From: Glaucostegus cemiculus
Taxonomy: Eukaryota
Assembly (NCBI GenBank): GCA_976551045.1
Contig: CDPCPM010000077.1
Location: forward strand, 1,736,001-1,800,000
Length of the DNA stretch: 64,000 nt
Direction: 5' to 3'
Shown one piece after another: positions 1 through 12,560 of the stretch. A model generated the notes under the pieces. That model was not told the DNA's origin. It was given only the letters and a program-made list of their open reading frames with translations, and did not search any database. Position numbers and translations under genes: made by a program. Within the stretch, counting starts at the first letter, position 1. Each line of letters starts with the position of its first letter.

Positions 1-232
1 AGATGAGGAGGAATTTCTTTAGCCATTGCCACAGACAGTTGTGGAGGCCAAGTCATTGAGTATATTTAAGGCGGAGGTTTTTGGTCCTTGATTAGTAAGG
101 GAGTCAAAGGTTACAGGGAGCAGGCAGGAGATTGGGGTTGAGAGGGAAAAATAAATCAGCCTTGATTGAATGGTGGACCTGACTCGATGAGCCGAATGGC
201 CTATTTCTGCTCCCATATCTTATAGTCTTATG
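1..232 (+). mobile_element. CR1-clade LINE 3' end (truncated by window edge)
   Basis: Starts with the ORF2 C-terminal EMRRNFFS motif (cf. FRTEMRRNFFSQRVV in ORF 9623-9991). Ends with the conserved tail CCGAATGGCCTATTTCTGCTCC and TCTTATAG/TCTTATG repeats. Confidence 0.85.
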
Positions 233-819
233 TTCCTCAACATCCTGGTAGTGAATAGAATCAGCACCCAGTGAGTCTAAACAGCTTTGCTGGATCACTT
301 GGCACTGGATTTTGTGTGCCGCCGAAAACTATTTGAATGTAAAACAAAACGTGGAGAGAGATCAAGGAGTTGGTGCAAATTGCACAAAGCCTGCAGCTTT
401 TCTTCTGTGGCCCTGTCCGTCCAACTGACAAACTAATGCACAGGGCAGCGTGGAAATGGCGAACTACGTGTGGTGGACACACAAATGAGGTTTTCTTCCA
501 TCTGTGCATAAGCCCCTTGTCGTGGCTTTGATTTAATGTAAATCCAGCTCACTTATTTTTAAATAGTTTAATTTAATTTGCAAAAGCTATTCACTATCTC
601 AGTTGGAATTACAAGTTATCTGCCAATTCCATTTCTTAGAGTACAACTCGGATTGTTTTGGCAACATTTTTCACCGAACTCTCCATCCGTGGTTAGCCGA
701 TGTTGAAATGTAAGTGCGTTTACCAATGAATAATTCCTGCTCAGCAGTTCATTCATTATAGTTTTAATATTGCATTATCCAAACATAAGAAGTCTTAATA
801 TGCTGCATTCTATTAGAAT

Positions 820-940
820 TTCCTTGGCAAAGATCTTGCTAACATCCATGTAGACAACATCTACCACCCTACCCTCATCCACCCTCTTTGTCACCCCTTC
901 AAAAAACTAAGTCGAACTTGTGAGACATGATTTTCCCACA
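820..940 (-). mobile_element. CR1 reverse-transcriptase fragment
   Basis: Minus strand reads GKSCLT..*FFEGVTKRVDEGRVVDVVYMD, the CR1 RT motif region. Confidence 0.75.
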
Positions 941-947
941 CAACATG

Positions 948-1144
948 ATGCCAGAGGAAGTGGTCAAGATGGGTACGATTACAACATTTATCCATGTACC
1001 TGTTTAAACGTCTTTTAAGAAAGGTTTAGGGAGATATGGGCCAAATGCAGGCAAATGGGAGACTAGCTCAGGAAGGCACCTTGGTCAGCATGGATAAGCT
1101 GTGCCAAAGGGCCTGTTTCTGTGCTGTATAACTCCATGACTCTT
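948..1144 (+). mobile_element. CR1 (HER1-like) LINE 3' end with internal micro-inversion
   Basis: Matches the 3' ends at 38128-38425 and 55530-56208 (GGATATGGGCCAAA..GCAGGCAAATGGGA..GGGCCTGTTTC..ATGACTCT). Positions ~989-1018 are inverted. Confidence 0.85.
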
Positions 1145-2077
1145 GGTCATTCTTGTCGCTATCCATTTCAACTTGATTAACCCAATCAACATGGAGATTA
1201 AAGTCTCCCATTGTTATTGCACTGCTCTTTACAAGCTGTCATTAATTGTTGGTTTACAGTATGCCCTTTCCCACAGTGTTAATGCAGAAGTGCCACTGAA
1301 GACCCCTGAAGGGTTAACACTGAAGTTGCTGAAGCAGACCAGAGGCATTGAACTGATTCCATACTTCCACGTGACCATTACTGAGTGGACAATGTGCTCA
1401 GGATTACAGGGAGTTGGAGAATTTTTTTTCAGTGCTTTATACTTTCAGAAATGGAAAAGAACCCAAACATCTTCAGAGGTTTGATAAGACTTAGAACAAC
1501 TTGGAGGCTTAAAAAATTGACAGTATCCGCAGATATTGGTTTCAGTCAACTGTTGACAGAAGATTATGGAATGCCTCCAGATTAGAGCAGGGCCTGCCCG
1601 AATCATTTCAGCAATGATGAGCTTTTTAAATTCGTGTACACGCAATACCAGTGCAGCACAGGTATTACTCCACCGTTCAAGGTTCCAGGTACACGGAGTG
1701 AAATGTTTCCATCACCACAGGTTAGCCTGAGCTCTGATGGAATTAAAACAAAATTCCCGTCACCTGTGGTTGCAAGTGTAAAACTGTCTGGACCTTCTAA
1801 TATATTGAATTAAGGAATAAAAAAGATCTCTGCCCATTAATGATAAATGCTTATATCCAATTGGTGAACCCTTAGCAGTGCTGTATCACACCGATAAAGG
1901 AGTGCTCCAGAGAAAGTAGTGCTATCCAACCAAGTGAATATAAACTGGAAATGTTAATACCTATGCATAAACCTGTCTTTAGTCTGCACTACAGTATATA
2001 CCTGAGAGAATATTGCTCTTCTGGATTAGGTTTGTTTACCTTTTCAATTACATGGGCTTTACCCACACTCTAATGAC

Positions 2078-2480
2078 CTAGTGGTTGTTACTGGAGGGAT
2101 ATCCAGAGGCTTGGACCACTGATCTGGAGAGATAGATTCAAATCCTACTAGGGTAACCGAGAAATCAAATTCAAGCATCAAAAACAAATTTGAAATAGAA
2201 AGCAAGTGACCACAGACTCAGCTGTTTCACTAATGTACTTCTGGAGAGGGAATCTTTGGTCTGGCCTGTTTGTGACTCCAGTTCCCCCCCCCCCCCCATT
2301 TCCTTCCCTTTGGAGCAGACTAGATGGGCTGAATGGCCTACTTCTGCGCCCTTGTCATGTGATCTTGTGACCAATAGCAATGTGGTTAAATTCTGGATCA
2401 GCCAAGTAAGTTGCATAGTTCAGAGGGGTGATTAGGAGCAATAAATGGTGTCTGAGACTGTGCTGTCCATATCTCCTGAA
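2078..2480 (+). mobile_element. Old tRNA-head SINE-like element, interrupted by a poly-C/CR1-tail insertion
   Basis: Head GTGGTTGTTACTGG..GATTCAAATCC matches 7760-7885. Body GTGACTCCAG resumes as CCAATAGCAATGTGGTT after 2370. Confidence 0.6.
2312..2370 (+). mobile_element. Very short CR1 3'-tail insertion
   Basis: GGAGCAGACTAGATGGGCTGAATGGCCTACTTCTGCGCCCTTGTCATGTGATCTTGTGA; same tail type as the reverse complement of 9046-9100. Confidence 0.8.
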
Positions 2481-2509
2481 CAGATAAAAAAAAGGTAGTA
2501 AGAAAGTTG

Positions 2510-2680
2510 GACTTGCATCTTTATCACACCTTTCACAACCTCAGGTTCCCCCAACTCACTTGAAAGCCAATGAAGTTCTGTTACAGTGTAGCTGTCGCAA
2601 GGTAAGTAGCATTGTGATGAGGTTGCAACAGATACAGTTTGTACAAACCATTGGAAAACAAATGACCAAATCAAAATGGT
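2510..2680 (-). mobile_element. DeuSINE/SacSINE1-like relic (L2-type tail)
   Basis: ACTTGCAT.TTTAT..CACCTTTCACAACCTCAGG..AGCCAATGAAGT; related copies at ~4335-4510, 49735-49895 and on the + strand at 51035-51330. Family name is from memory. Confidence 0.55.
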
Positions 2681-3319
2681 ACCTAGGCTGGAAATCTGAA
2701 AGTGGAATTTGCTTAGCAGGTTCAGATGGTGCCTACAGCAGTTCAGTGAGGAATGTGTTGCTGGAGGGCCTTTTCACTGATTCCAAGCTCTTCTGATCAT
2801 AAAAACCATGTGGGTGCAGTTGGAAAATGATTACAATATAATTGTGCAATGATTATATTTAAAACATATGAGACTGCTATTAATTAATTAAACATTTATT
2901 TTTCAATTTTAATGTGAATAAACACTTGCATATTATTTATTATTATTACTTATAAATAAAAACTAATCATCTTTAAATTAAGGTTGGTGACTCCATTCAA
3001 GTGAATGGGACTGTGTTGGAAGCACCAGCTCTGGTTAGTCTAAAGCTCAGAGGCCAGGCTCTGTGTATCTCAGTGACTTGCAGAACACTCCTGGTGAGTA
3101 CAGGGACAGAATGAGAGGGCTTGTGTGCATGCATCTGATCTCTAGCAAATTCCTGACTTCCTTGCTCCAGTGTAATGATCCATAATGAGCATGGCAGCAC
3201 TGCCACAGGCCAGCTGTCTGCCTGTCCCGACCGATGTTTCCACATCCGTAACTTCTTATCAGAACTCCTGAGGTCCTTAATGTTGCTCGTTGAGCAATAG
3301 ATATTAGCTGGGATGCCAA

Positions 3320-3670
3320 AGTCGAGTATATTGTCATATGCACAAGTACATGTGTGCACAGATGCAATGAAAAACTTACTTGCAGCAACATCACAGATAC
3401 ATACCATCATGTGAGCAGCAGTAACAAGAAAAAAACCTAAATTAAACATAAATCATACGCAGCTTTTACAAGAAAGAGCACAATTAGAACCAACAAAAAA
3501 AACAAAGTCCATTTTAGAGCAAAGTGGTCATCGTGTTGCTATCCTGAGGTAGTAATTAGGAATGTGCAGGTTGATTCAAGAACCAAATGGTTGAAGGAAA
3601 GTAGCTGTTCTTGAACCTGGTGGTGTGGGACCTCAGGCTTCTGTACGACCAGCCCAGCCCGATGGTAAAT
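3320..3670 (-). mobile_element. Rex1/Babar-clade LINE 3' end
   Basis: Minus strand encodes YRSLRSHTTRFKNSYFPSTIWFLN (Rex1 RT C-terminal DUF1891-type segment), followed by a 3' UTR ending CATATGACAATATACTCGAC. Confidence 0.8.
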
Positions 3671-4499
3671 GGTACCAGGCTGTATTGCCATGTCATCAAT
3701 GCCATGTGATCCTTTACATCCGCCTGAGGAAGCAGGTCTTGGGTTAATCAAAATATGAAAAGATGTAACTCCAACAATTAAATTTAAATGACCAATCTAG
3801 TAAAATTGATCATTTTTGCTCTCTAAGTTGATCTGTCAATTTTGCTTGAGAATTTGTACCTGCTAGGTACATTTTTTTTCAAAAGGCAGTTTTTCTTCTG
3901 CTTGTTTCTATGGAAGCTCATTCAATTAACAACACAATCAAGGTGATTGCCATTTGCAGTCATTGCAAATCAGCGTACAATCAGCTGCACGTTCTGTTTG
4001 ATATTTGGAGCAAATGAGTTTAATTAACACCTTGTTATTCATAAACTACCAGAGTCCTCTGAAACTCTTGCATATAAATTGTGTCAACGGCTTCATTGTA
4101 AGTAAGTGAAGCTGTCAGTTTAGTGACAAATAATGTGCTGCAATCCTATTGTGCCAGTTGTTGAGATGTGTCTACCCAAATTCATTCTCTGTTGTAATAT
4201 CATGAAGGAACTTGCAAATCTGAAACAAAAATTGAAAATGCTAGATGTATGCAGTGTGCCCAACAGCATGTTCTGTCAAAACAAAGTTTGGGTATCTTCT
4301 TAGGTACATGTTTTTACTTGGAACCAAAAGATAATTAGACATTTTGCCAAAGAAGTGACCTTTTATAATCTCAGCATATCCCAAAGTATTTTACAGTCAG
4401 TGATTTTTTTTCAAAATGCATTCACTTTTAATGTAATGGACTTGAGAAAAAGGAAAAAAATGTTTCTCATAGATTTCTTGCAAAGTGCCAACAGAGTAT

Positions 4500-4840
4500 C
4501 AGATAAGAACATAAGTAACAGAAGTTGGAATGGGCTGTGCAACCCCTCGAATGTGCCCCATATTGAGAATGAATGTGGCTAATCCTGCACTAGAAGTCCC
4601 CTTTCCTTCCTCAATGTTTTGATTTCTTGAGTGTCCAAAACAAATTTGATCTCAGCCTTGAATATGCTCAACAACTGAGCTTCCAAACCACTCTGAGAAT
4701 TTAATGCTCTACATGTAAAGAAATATCTCATCATCTGTCTCATGTCCTGAGACTATGCCTGACTGTCCAGTCGGGGGGCATCTCCCTGGACTACCCTCCT
4801 CAGAATCTTGTAGGTTTCAATGGGATGGTATCTCATACAA
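4500..4840 (-). mobile_element. Degraded CR1 3' end
   Basis: ATAAGAACATAAG tail plus diverged ORF2 C-terminal sequence (GTTTCAATGGGATGGTATCTCAT). Confidence 0.6.
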
Positions 4841-5094
4841 AAAACATGGAAAGAGCACAAAAATAGGAACGTAGAGAACACATAAGAAAAACTACATCGG
4901 CAGTTACTAAACTGAAAATGCAGAAAACACATATGTCTGTCCTCTTAACAATTGAAAAAGTGTAACCTTACTGACCTGTTCTAGTCTTCCCATGAGTGTA
5001 ACTCTGTACTCCATCCTGCACACTATTGGCACTTGACCTGCCTTTTCCTCTCTGATTTCTCCTTTGACCTATTGATCCAATGAGGCTAAACATT

Positions 5095-5348
5095 GGAGAC
5101 ACAAGAGACTGCAGATTCTGGAATCTGGAGCAACGCACAGAACACTGGAGGAACTCGTCAGGTCAGGCAGCATCTACAGTATGGAGGGAAATGGACAGTC
5201 CACCTTTCAGGTCAAGACCCTCTGGACTGAAAGAGAGAGGGGAGTGCATCTTTCAGTTCAGATGAAGGCTCTCAACCTGAAACGTCGACTGTCTATTTCT
5301 CTCCAATAGACGCTGCCTCACCTGCTGAGTTCCTCCAGTGTTTTGTGT
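5095..5348. mobile_element. Penelope-derived fold-back element with hammerhead-like relic
   Basis: Arms at ~5135-5233 and ~5249-5348 are reverse complements. CAGATGA-AGGCTCTCAACCT-GAAACGTC at 5259-5286. Confidence 0.7.
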
Positions 5349-7759
5349 CAGGGTGAACATTGGCCCAGATGTGATGGTAAAAATTATGCTGAGGTTATCA
5401 GCTGTCCATGTTCATGGGCCAGGTTGTGCCTGATCTGACCCAGTGTCCATGGCGCCCATTTACCCCCCTACCTTTCCCTTCTTCAGTTGCAGAGGGCTGA
5501 ACCTGCTGACTCCCTGCACCCAGGAGGACCCCGGGTGCAATGAAGCAACAGCTGGCCAGATGCTTCTGCAGGCTGCAGTTTCTGTGTTTGGTCACACACT
5601 CACAGAAGGTCCCGCTCCTTTTGGCCTTCAGCAAACACGCGACCGAATGCAGAGGTCCGAAATGTTCGAGAAGTTGGATGCTGGCAGGTCCCCTTGGAAT
5701 GCCCATCTGTCAGCCCGTTCAACCTGTGCCCATGTTAGGGCAGTTTGGACATGCACAGCCAAACAGAGAGCTGCTGTCTCTGTTCCATCTGAAGTCTTGC
5801 TGCGTGGTATCTCTTCTGTTGCCTACTGAGGGATGTTTGATATTGTTAATTATTTTGCATTAAACTCTGTGTGGATGTTCATACAATAAGCAATCCTTCC
5901 TGCCAGGGGTTGAATTATCTGTTCTTTATTTCCCCCTCTCTTTGATCCAGGATGTTTGTAAATTTGTTTTTAGTTCTGGTAAAGGGTTTTATATAAAAGG
6001 ATAAGGATGCTTTTCTGTTTAAATGTGTAAAGTGAACAGCTGAAATTCCAGTGATCCCTGTTTTTGTTTGATTTCAATTAAAATTCTTATAAGAAGCAAA
6101 AATGCTACTGATCATCAGCACAACTGGGCTTGAAAATTGAAAGGTTCTTTTACTAACCCAATGTAGCATCAAGGTTCCTCATTTTAATCATCGTCAGTGC
6201 TGTTGCTGGTGATTACAGATACATTACAGGCAATTATAGGTGATGTGCTTGCTCTGTAAGCTGGCAAGAAATCTCAGAGGGGTGTATTATTCAAATTTTC
6301 TCCAGCACACAGAGAAGCAGACACCATAAAAAAGCACAGGTCAGATCTTAGTGTTACAGCAAAGATGATAACCTTTTTTTTTGAAAAGAGTAGCTGAAAA
6401 GCAGAAATGGGGGAATGTAAGAGGTTTTTATTTGCCAAAGCAAAGCTTTGAAAGGGATGATGAAGCTAGCTTTTGTTATCAATCCTCCATTTCGCAGTCC
6501 ACAATAATGACTGAATGTAGAGGTGGAAATTTGTTGCTGGCTTTATAATGGAATGGAATTTTGGTGATGGTGTTCATTGTGCAGGGACTTCCATGCTGCT
6601 CAGTTAAGACAATGCTTAGGGCCAATTTCTACCTGAAAAGCGGTCTGCCCTGTAACAAAAGCAAGAAGAGCTGAAAACACTCTGCAAAATCACACGCCAG
6701 AGGAGGGAGAAACACAACTGATGCTTCAGGTCAACAACCGAGGTCATTGTCTCTGTCTTCAGTGGAAGCTGGCCCATTTCCAGCACCCACAGCCTTTTTG
6801 CTTTGGCTCTCTTGTCTGTTTCGGTCACTGTTTCTGTTTCTGTTTGTCCCTCTCTGTTCCTGTTTGTTTCCTCTTCTCCAGCTTTTATCCTCCCTAACTT
6901 TTCTGGTTTATTACATTCTCCTGTTTAGGTGTTTCTTTCTTTACTCCTCATCCTTTTCCTTTCAGACACAAGGAAAAGGAAGCACAATGTATTTTGACAT
7001 GTGTGGCAGCTACAGATTGCATTGGCCTGCCCTTTGGGTGCAGTTATGGGGGAAAAAGCCTTGCGCGCTAGTTCCCAATGAATCCACTGCCAGAGGATAG
7101 GAGTGGAGATTGAGTGAGTTCTAATGTCCAAAAAGGAGCTTGATGGATATTTAAAAGGAAGGAATTTGTAGGGTTGCTGGGAGAGGTAGTGGGACTGGTT
7201 GGATTACTCTTACTTAGATTAGGTACAAGCTCAATGGGCTGAAGGGCCTTCTTCCACACTGTGCAAATAGAAATTTTTCTGCAGCCAACCACAGTAAAAT
7301 CCCAATTGTACTATGAGGAGAAAAGATTGAATTCAATGAAAATGAGCAATGAGCCATAACTTAAACTGAACAAATGAAACAAGTTCTCTGTAAAGAACCT
7401 TCCCTCAGGCTACAGTTAAGGATAGTCACATACAAATTACTGTGTAACCTTAGATTGACAAACAAATGGACTTTTGTCTGGAAAATTAATAAATCATTTT
7501 AAAGCTGGAAGAAAACAACTGAAAACTAAACTTGAATATATTTTATTAAAATTGTCATGCTTAGACAGTAGTGCTTCAGGGTGAATCACACTTCTGATTT
7601 GCTTTATTTCAATTTAGTGTGGGCAATGACCGGTTAGGATGGAATAATTCTTCATTGTCCCTTAACAGCTGCCCCTGTTCATTCTGGGTTTCTGAGCTCG
7701 AGTCACATGGGACTTTTGTCTGCATTAATTTGTGCGATCCAAACAAACCTCAGGGATTG

Positions 7760-9045
7760 CGGTAGCACAGTGGTTATGTTACTGGGCAAGTAGGCTGGAG
7801 GGCTGGAATAAAGATCTGCTGAACATGAGTTCAAATCCCACAACGGTAGTGAGGGAATTTAAACATAATTAAGTAAATCTGGAATTGTCATGATTCTGAG
7901 TACTGGCCCTTGATTTGGTTCCTTCGATGCCTCGTTGTACAGCACATGGATTCCATGCTGGACTGATTGCTCAATGACACACAACTGAGCCCCATCAGGG
8001 GCCTAGTATAAGTACCTGGGTTTCTCTAGCACCAGTTGCCAGAGTATTGGTCAACCTTTGGGTATACTTTGGCTCGTTGCTGCTTAGAGTGGTCTACTTC
8101 AGAGCAGTCCTGCTTGAAGATTCAGTTTGTGTTGGGATTACTACTCAGATCTCCGAGGCAAGATTCCTTCCAGTATTGCCTGCGTCCGGTCCTGAGGAAG
8201 TATCCTGACTCCAGTCTTGTACCAGTGTGCTGCATTTGGGTTCTCTATGAGCTTGCTCTTCAATCAACATTGTGACAGGAATTTGAAAGCCTGTGTCAGT
8301 AATGGTGGCCATCAGTAACATTATGCATATCTGTTTCACCACTACCTTTAAAGAAGTTTGCCATCCTTAATCCTGTGTCATGGACTTTTAACAGGCTTCT
8401 GAATTGCTCCATAAATTTTCAAACTTTTAGGGAAAACTATAATCATAAATTGGGACCAAATAACCATTGGCTCAGGCATACCCAGCTAGATGACTCTACA
8501 AACTACATATCTGAAGAGATGGACTTGTATCTAAATGGAGAAGGTGTTGTCTCACTGGCCCCAGACTCTTCCATCACTATCCTTGAAGCAGTATCTCGGG
8601 GAGGACTCAACATTGATATCAGCTCCAAGGAAGAATCAAACAAAATGCAAAAACCTACCTGTTGATCACCACTCATTGCTGTCCATCAGCAGTTGAATTA
8701 GTGGTACTCAGTGTGTTGAACGCTACTTGAAAGGTGTATTGAGAGAGGGGTGGTACACTAAATTCTCTGTAGGTGGGGGAGTTCAGTATGTATCACCCTG
8801 TCAGAGATACCACCATTACTGATGAGCCAAGTGAAACCTGAAGGAGGTGACGTCAGGCTGATTGGAAGATGGTGAGAAACTCAACAGGGGAGAATGTACT
8901 TGTGACTTAGTCCTCACCACGCTACCTGTGGGTGATCCGTTTGTCCATGGTGGTTTTACTAGGGCTTCTCAGAGACACATAATTCACCATGTTCTGTGGC
9001 ACCATCCAGTTGCTGGAAGCAGGAAATCCATGAGGCACTTTGAGT
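7760..9045 (+). mobile_element. Old SINE-like head followed by a degraded LINE endonuclease region; split by a solo LTR and cut at its right end by a CR1 insertion
   Basis: tRNA-like head at 7760-7850 (GAGTTCAAATCCC B box). Degraded APE-endonuclease motifs near 8770-8950 (GTGGGGGAGTTC = VGEF; ..TCDLVLTT..). Confidence 0.55.
7886..8277 (+). mobile_element. Solo LTR (Gypsy-like), 392 bp, 5-bp TSD
   Basis: Termini TGTCATGAT...ATTGTGACA (TG..CA, imperfect inverted repeat). GGAAT is duplicated at 7881-7885 and 8278-8282, and the host element resumes after it. TATAAG at ~8007. Confidence 0.8.
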
Positions 9046-9162
9046 CACACAAGATCACAAGACAAAGGAGCAGAAGTAGGCCATTTGGCCCATCGAGTCT
9101 GGTCTATGAGCTAAACTAAAACTATTCCTATCGAGCCCCAATTTCTGGCCTTATCCCCATAT

Positions 9163-9576
9163 CAATAGAACAATAGAACAATACAGCACAGAACAGGCCC
9201 TTCGGCCCATCAAGCTGTGCCATCCTACAAACATCTTCCAAACTAACTCTTTCCACCCTCATATCCTACTATTCCACATTCTTCCATGTGCTTATCCAAC
9301 AATCTCTTAAACCTGTCCAACGTATCTGCCTCCACTACCACCCCAGGCAGTGCATTCCATGCACCAACCACTCTCTGGGTGAAAAACTTCCCTCTTACAT
9401 CTCCCCTATACTTTCCACCAATTATCTTAAAGGCATGCCCTCTCGTCTTGAGCATCTGCGCTCTGGGAAAGAGGCGCTGACTATTAACTCTATCTATTCC
9501 TCTTAATATCTTATACACCTCTATCAAGTCCCCTCTCATCCTCCTCCTCTCTAATGAGTAGAGCCCTAAAATGAGT
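9163..9576 (-). mobile_element. Younger CR1 3' fragment nested in the CR1 above
   Basis: ORF 9243-9539 RGDLIEVYKILRG..TRGH..FFTQRVVGAWNALP is intact. Tail (CTATTGTT)n. Probable TSD ATATC at 9159-9163 and 9577-9581. Confidence 0.9.
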
Positions 9577-11241
9577 ATATCCCTTGATACCTTGACTAAT
9601 TAGATACCTATCAATCTCCTCCTTAAACACCCCCAATGATTTGGCCTCCACCGCTCTGTGGCAAGGAATTCCATAATTTTACTACCCTCTGGCTAAAGAA
9701 ATTTCTCCTCATTTCTGTTCTAAACCAGTACCCTCTAATTCCAAGATTGTGCCGTCTAATCCTGGACTCACCCACCAAGGGAAACAGCTTAGCCACATCT
9801 ACTCTGTACAGTCCTTTCAACATTCTAAATGTTTCTATGAGGTCCCCTCTCATTCTTCTGTGCTCCAGTGAGTACAGTCCAAGTGCTGACAGACGCTCAT
9901 CACAAGTAAGCCCTTTCATTCCGGGAATCATCCTCGTAAATCTTTTTGGAACCCTCAGCAACATCAGCACACGGGGCCCAAAACTGCACACAGTATTGCA
10001 AAAGAGGCCTCACCAGTGCCCCATAGAGCCTCATCAACACTTCCTTGCTTTTATACTTTATACCTTGCAAAATGAATGCCAACATAGCATTCGCTTTCTT
10101 TACCGCTGATCTGACCTGGTAGTTAACCTTTAGGGTATCCTGCATGAGTACCCCCAAGTCCCTTACACTTCTGTACTTGGAATTTTCTCCCCATCTAGAT
10201 AATAATCTGCCTGTTTGTCTCTTTTTCCAAAGTGTACAAAGGCACATTTCTCAACATTGAATCTCATGTGCCATTTCTTTGCCCATTGTCCTAAACTATC
10301 TAAGTCTTTCTGCAACTTTCCAGTTTCTTCAACACTCCCTACTCCTCCACCTATCTTGGTGTTGTCTGCAAACTTGGCCACAAAACCATTTACTCCATAA
10401 TCCAAATCATTAATGTACAAAGTAAAAAGAAGCGACCCCAACACCGACCCCTACAGAACACCACTAGTAACTGGCAGCCAACCAGAACAGGATCCCTTTA
10501 TTCCCACCCTTTGCTTTCTGCCTACCAGCCAATGCTCCACCCATTCCAATATCCTACCTGTAATTCCATGACCTCTCATCTTATTAATCAGTCTCTTGTG
10601 TGGCACCTTGTTGAAGGCCTTTTGAAAGTTTAAATACACAACATCCACAGCCTCTCCCTTATCTACCCTACCTGAGATTTCCTCAAAAACGCCAATAAGT
10701 TGGTCAGGCAGGAATTTCCATCACAAAACCATGCTGGCTTGGACCTATCTTGCCTTGCATCTCTAGGTATTCCATAACCTCATTTGGATCGATTCCAATA
10801 ACTTTCCCACCACCAATGCCAGACTAATGGGTCTGTAATTTCCTTTATGCAGCCTACCATCTTTCTTATACAGCGGAACTACATTTGCAACCCTCCAGTC
10901 CTCCAGAACCATGCCAGTGTCTATTGATACCTGGAAAATTATCACTAATGCCTCCGTAATCTCTAAAGCCACCTCCTTCAGAACCAGAGGGTGCACTTCA
11001 TCTGGTCCGGGAGACTTATCTATCTTTAGTCCATTTAGCTTCCCGAGCACGTTCTCCCTAGTAATCTTGATTGAACTCAGTTCTATCCCCTGAGACCCCT
11101 GACTATCAAGTATATTGCTGATGTCCTCCACAGTGAAGACCGATGCAAAATACTCAGTTCCTCTGCCATCTCCTTGTTATCCATTATAATCTCTCCTGCA
11201 CCATTTTCAATTGGTCCTATATCAACCCATGTCTCTCTTTT

Positions 11242-11777
11242 ACTGGATGTATCACGGCTTGGTATGGCAACTGCTCTGCCCAGGACCGCAAGAAGCTGCA
11301 GAGAGTTGTGGACACAGCCCAGTGCATCATGGACACCAGCCTCCCCTCCTTGGACTCTGTCTTTACCTCTTGTTGTCTTGGTGTAGCAGCCAGCATAATC
11401 AAAGACCCCACTCATCTGGGACATTCTCTCTTCTCTCCTCTTCCATCGGGTAGAAGACGCTGGTGCCTGAGGGCATGTACTACCAGACAGCTTCTACCCC
11501 ACTGTGATACGACTATTGATTGGTTCCCTTATACAATAAGATGGACTGTGACCTCAAGATCTACCTTGTTGTGACCTTGCGCCTTATTGCACTGCACTTT
11601 CTCTGTAGCTGTGACGCTTTACTCTGTACTGTTACTGTTTTTACTGTACTACATCAATGCACTTTGTACTAACAATGTAACTACACTGTGTAATGAATTG
11701 ACCTGTATGATCAGTTTGTAAGACCAGCTTTTCACTGTACCTCAGTACAAGTGACAATAATAAACCAATACCAATAC
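11242..11777 (+). mobile_element. Rex1/Babar LINE 3' fragment nested in CR1
   Basis: GCITAWYGNCSAQDRKKLQRVVDTAQ..IIKDPTHLGHSLFSPLPSGRR. Tail GTGACAATAATAAACCAATACCAATAC. Confidence 0.9.
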
Positions 11778-12560
11778 TCTTCATACATTTAAAAAAAACT
11801 CTTAGTATCTTTTTGAATGTTATCTGCTAATTTCCTTTCATAATTCATCTTTTCTTTCCTAATGACCTTCTTAGTTTCTTTCTGTAAGTTTTAAAAGTTT
11901 CCCAGTCTTCTGTTTTTCCACTAATTTTTGCTTCATTGTATGCCCTCCCTTTTGCTTTGATTTTAGCCTTCACCTCTCTCGTTTTCCACATTTGTGCCAT
12001 TTTTCTTGGAATATATCTATCCTGCATTTTCCTTATTTCTTGTAGAAATTCCATTCATTTCTGCTCTGCCGTCCCTCCAACTAGCTTACTTTTCCAATCA
12101 GTTTGGGCCAGTTCCTCTCTCATACCACTGTAATTTCCTTTGTTCCACTGAAATATTGACACACCTAATATCAGCTTCTCCTTTTCAAATTTGAAACTGA
12201 ACTCAAACATATTGTGATCGCTAGTTCCCAATGGTTCCTTTAACTTTAGTTCCCTAATCACCTCCAGTTCATTACACAGCACCAAATTGAAAACAGCCGA
12301 TCCCCTGATGGCCTCATCAACAAGTTGCTCCAAAAAGCCATCCCATAAACATTCCACAGACTCACTCTCCTGAGATCCACTGCTTTCCTGGCTTTCCCAA
12401 TCATTCCCATGCTAGACATGCTCCCAGCCGTACCATTCTGATATATCTAATATGCAGGGAACCAACAAAGTGGAAAATTGCATATATATCCACAGAAAAC
12501 AGTTGAATTCAATCTAGCTGAATAATCATTTTGTTCCGGACATCAGAAATATCATGGAAG

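Larger units (their letters stand above)
9046..12405 (-). mobile_element. 5'-truncated, frameshifted CR1 LINE ORF2 (endonuclease end, RT, 3' UTR)
   Basis: ORF pieces LGTSDH (12055-12357), KSPGPDEVHP/GNYRPISL (10763-11131), DVVYLNFQKAFNKVPH (10451-10648), LFTLYINDL..KFADNTK (10163-10444), RGDLIETF (9623-9991). Tail repeat TGTGATCT. Confidence 0.95.

Noticed and set aside
3545-3554. let-7-like TGAGGTAGTA (also at 29855-29864)
   Set aside because: Only 10 nt match, both lie inside Rex1 3' UTR copies, and there is no let-7 3' half or hairpin.
5443-5863. Overlapping 107-128 aa ORFs in unique sequence
   Set aside because: No recognisable domain; similar-length ORFs on both strands are consistent with chance.
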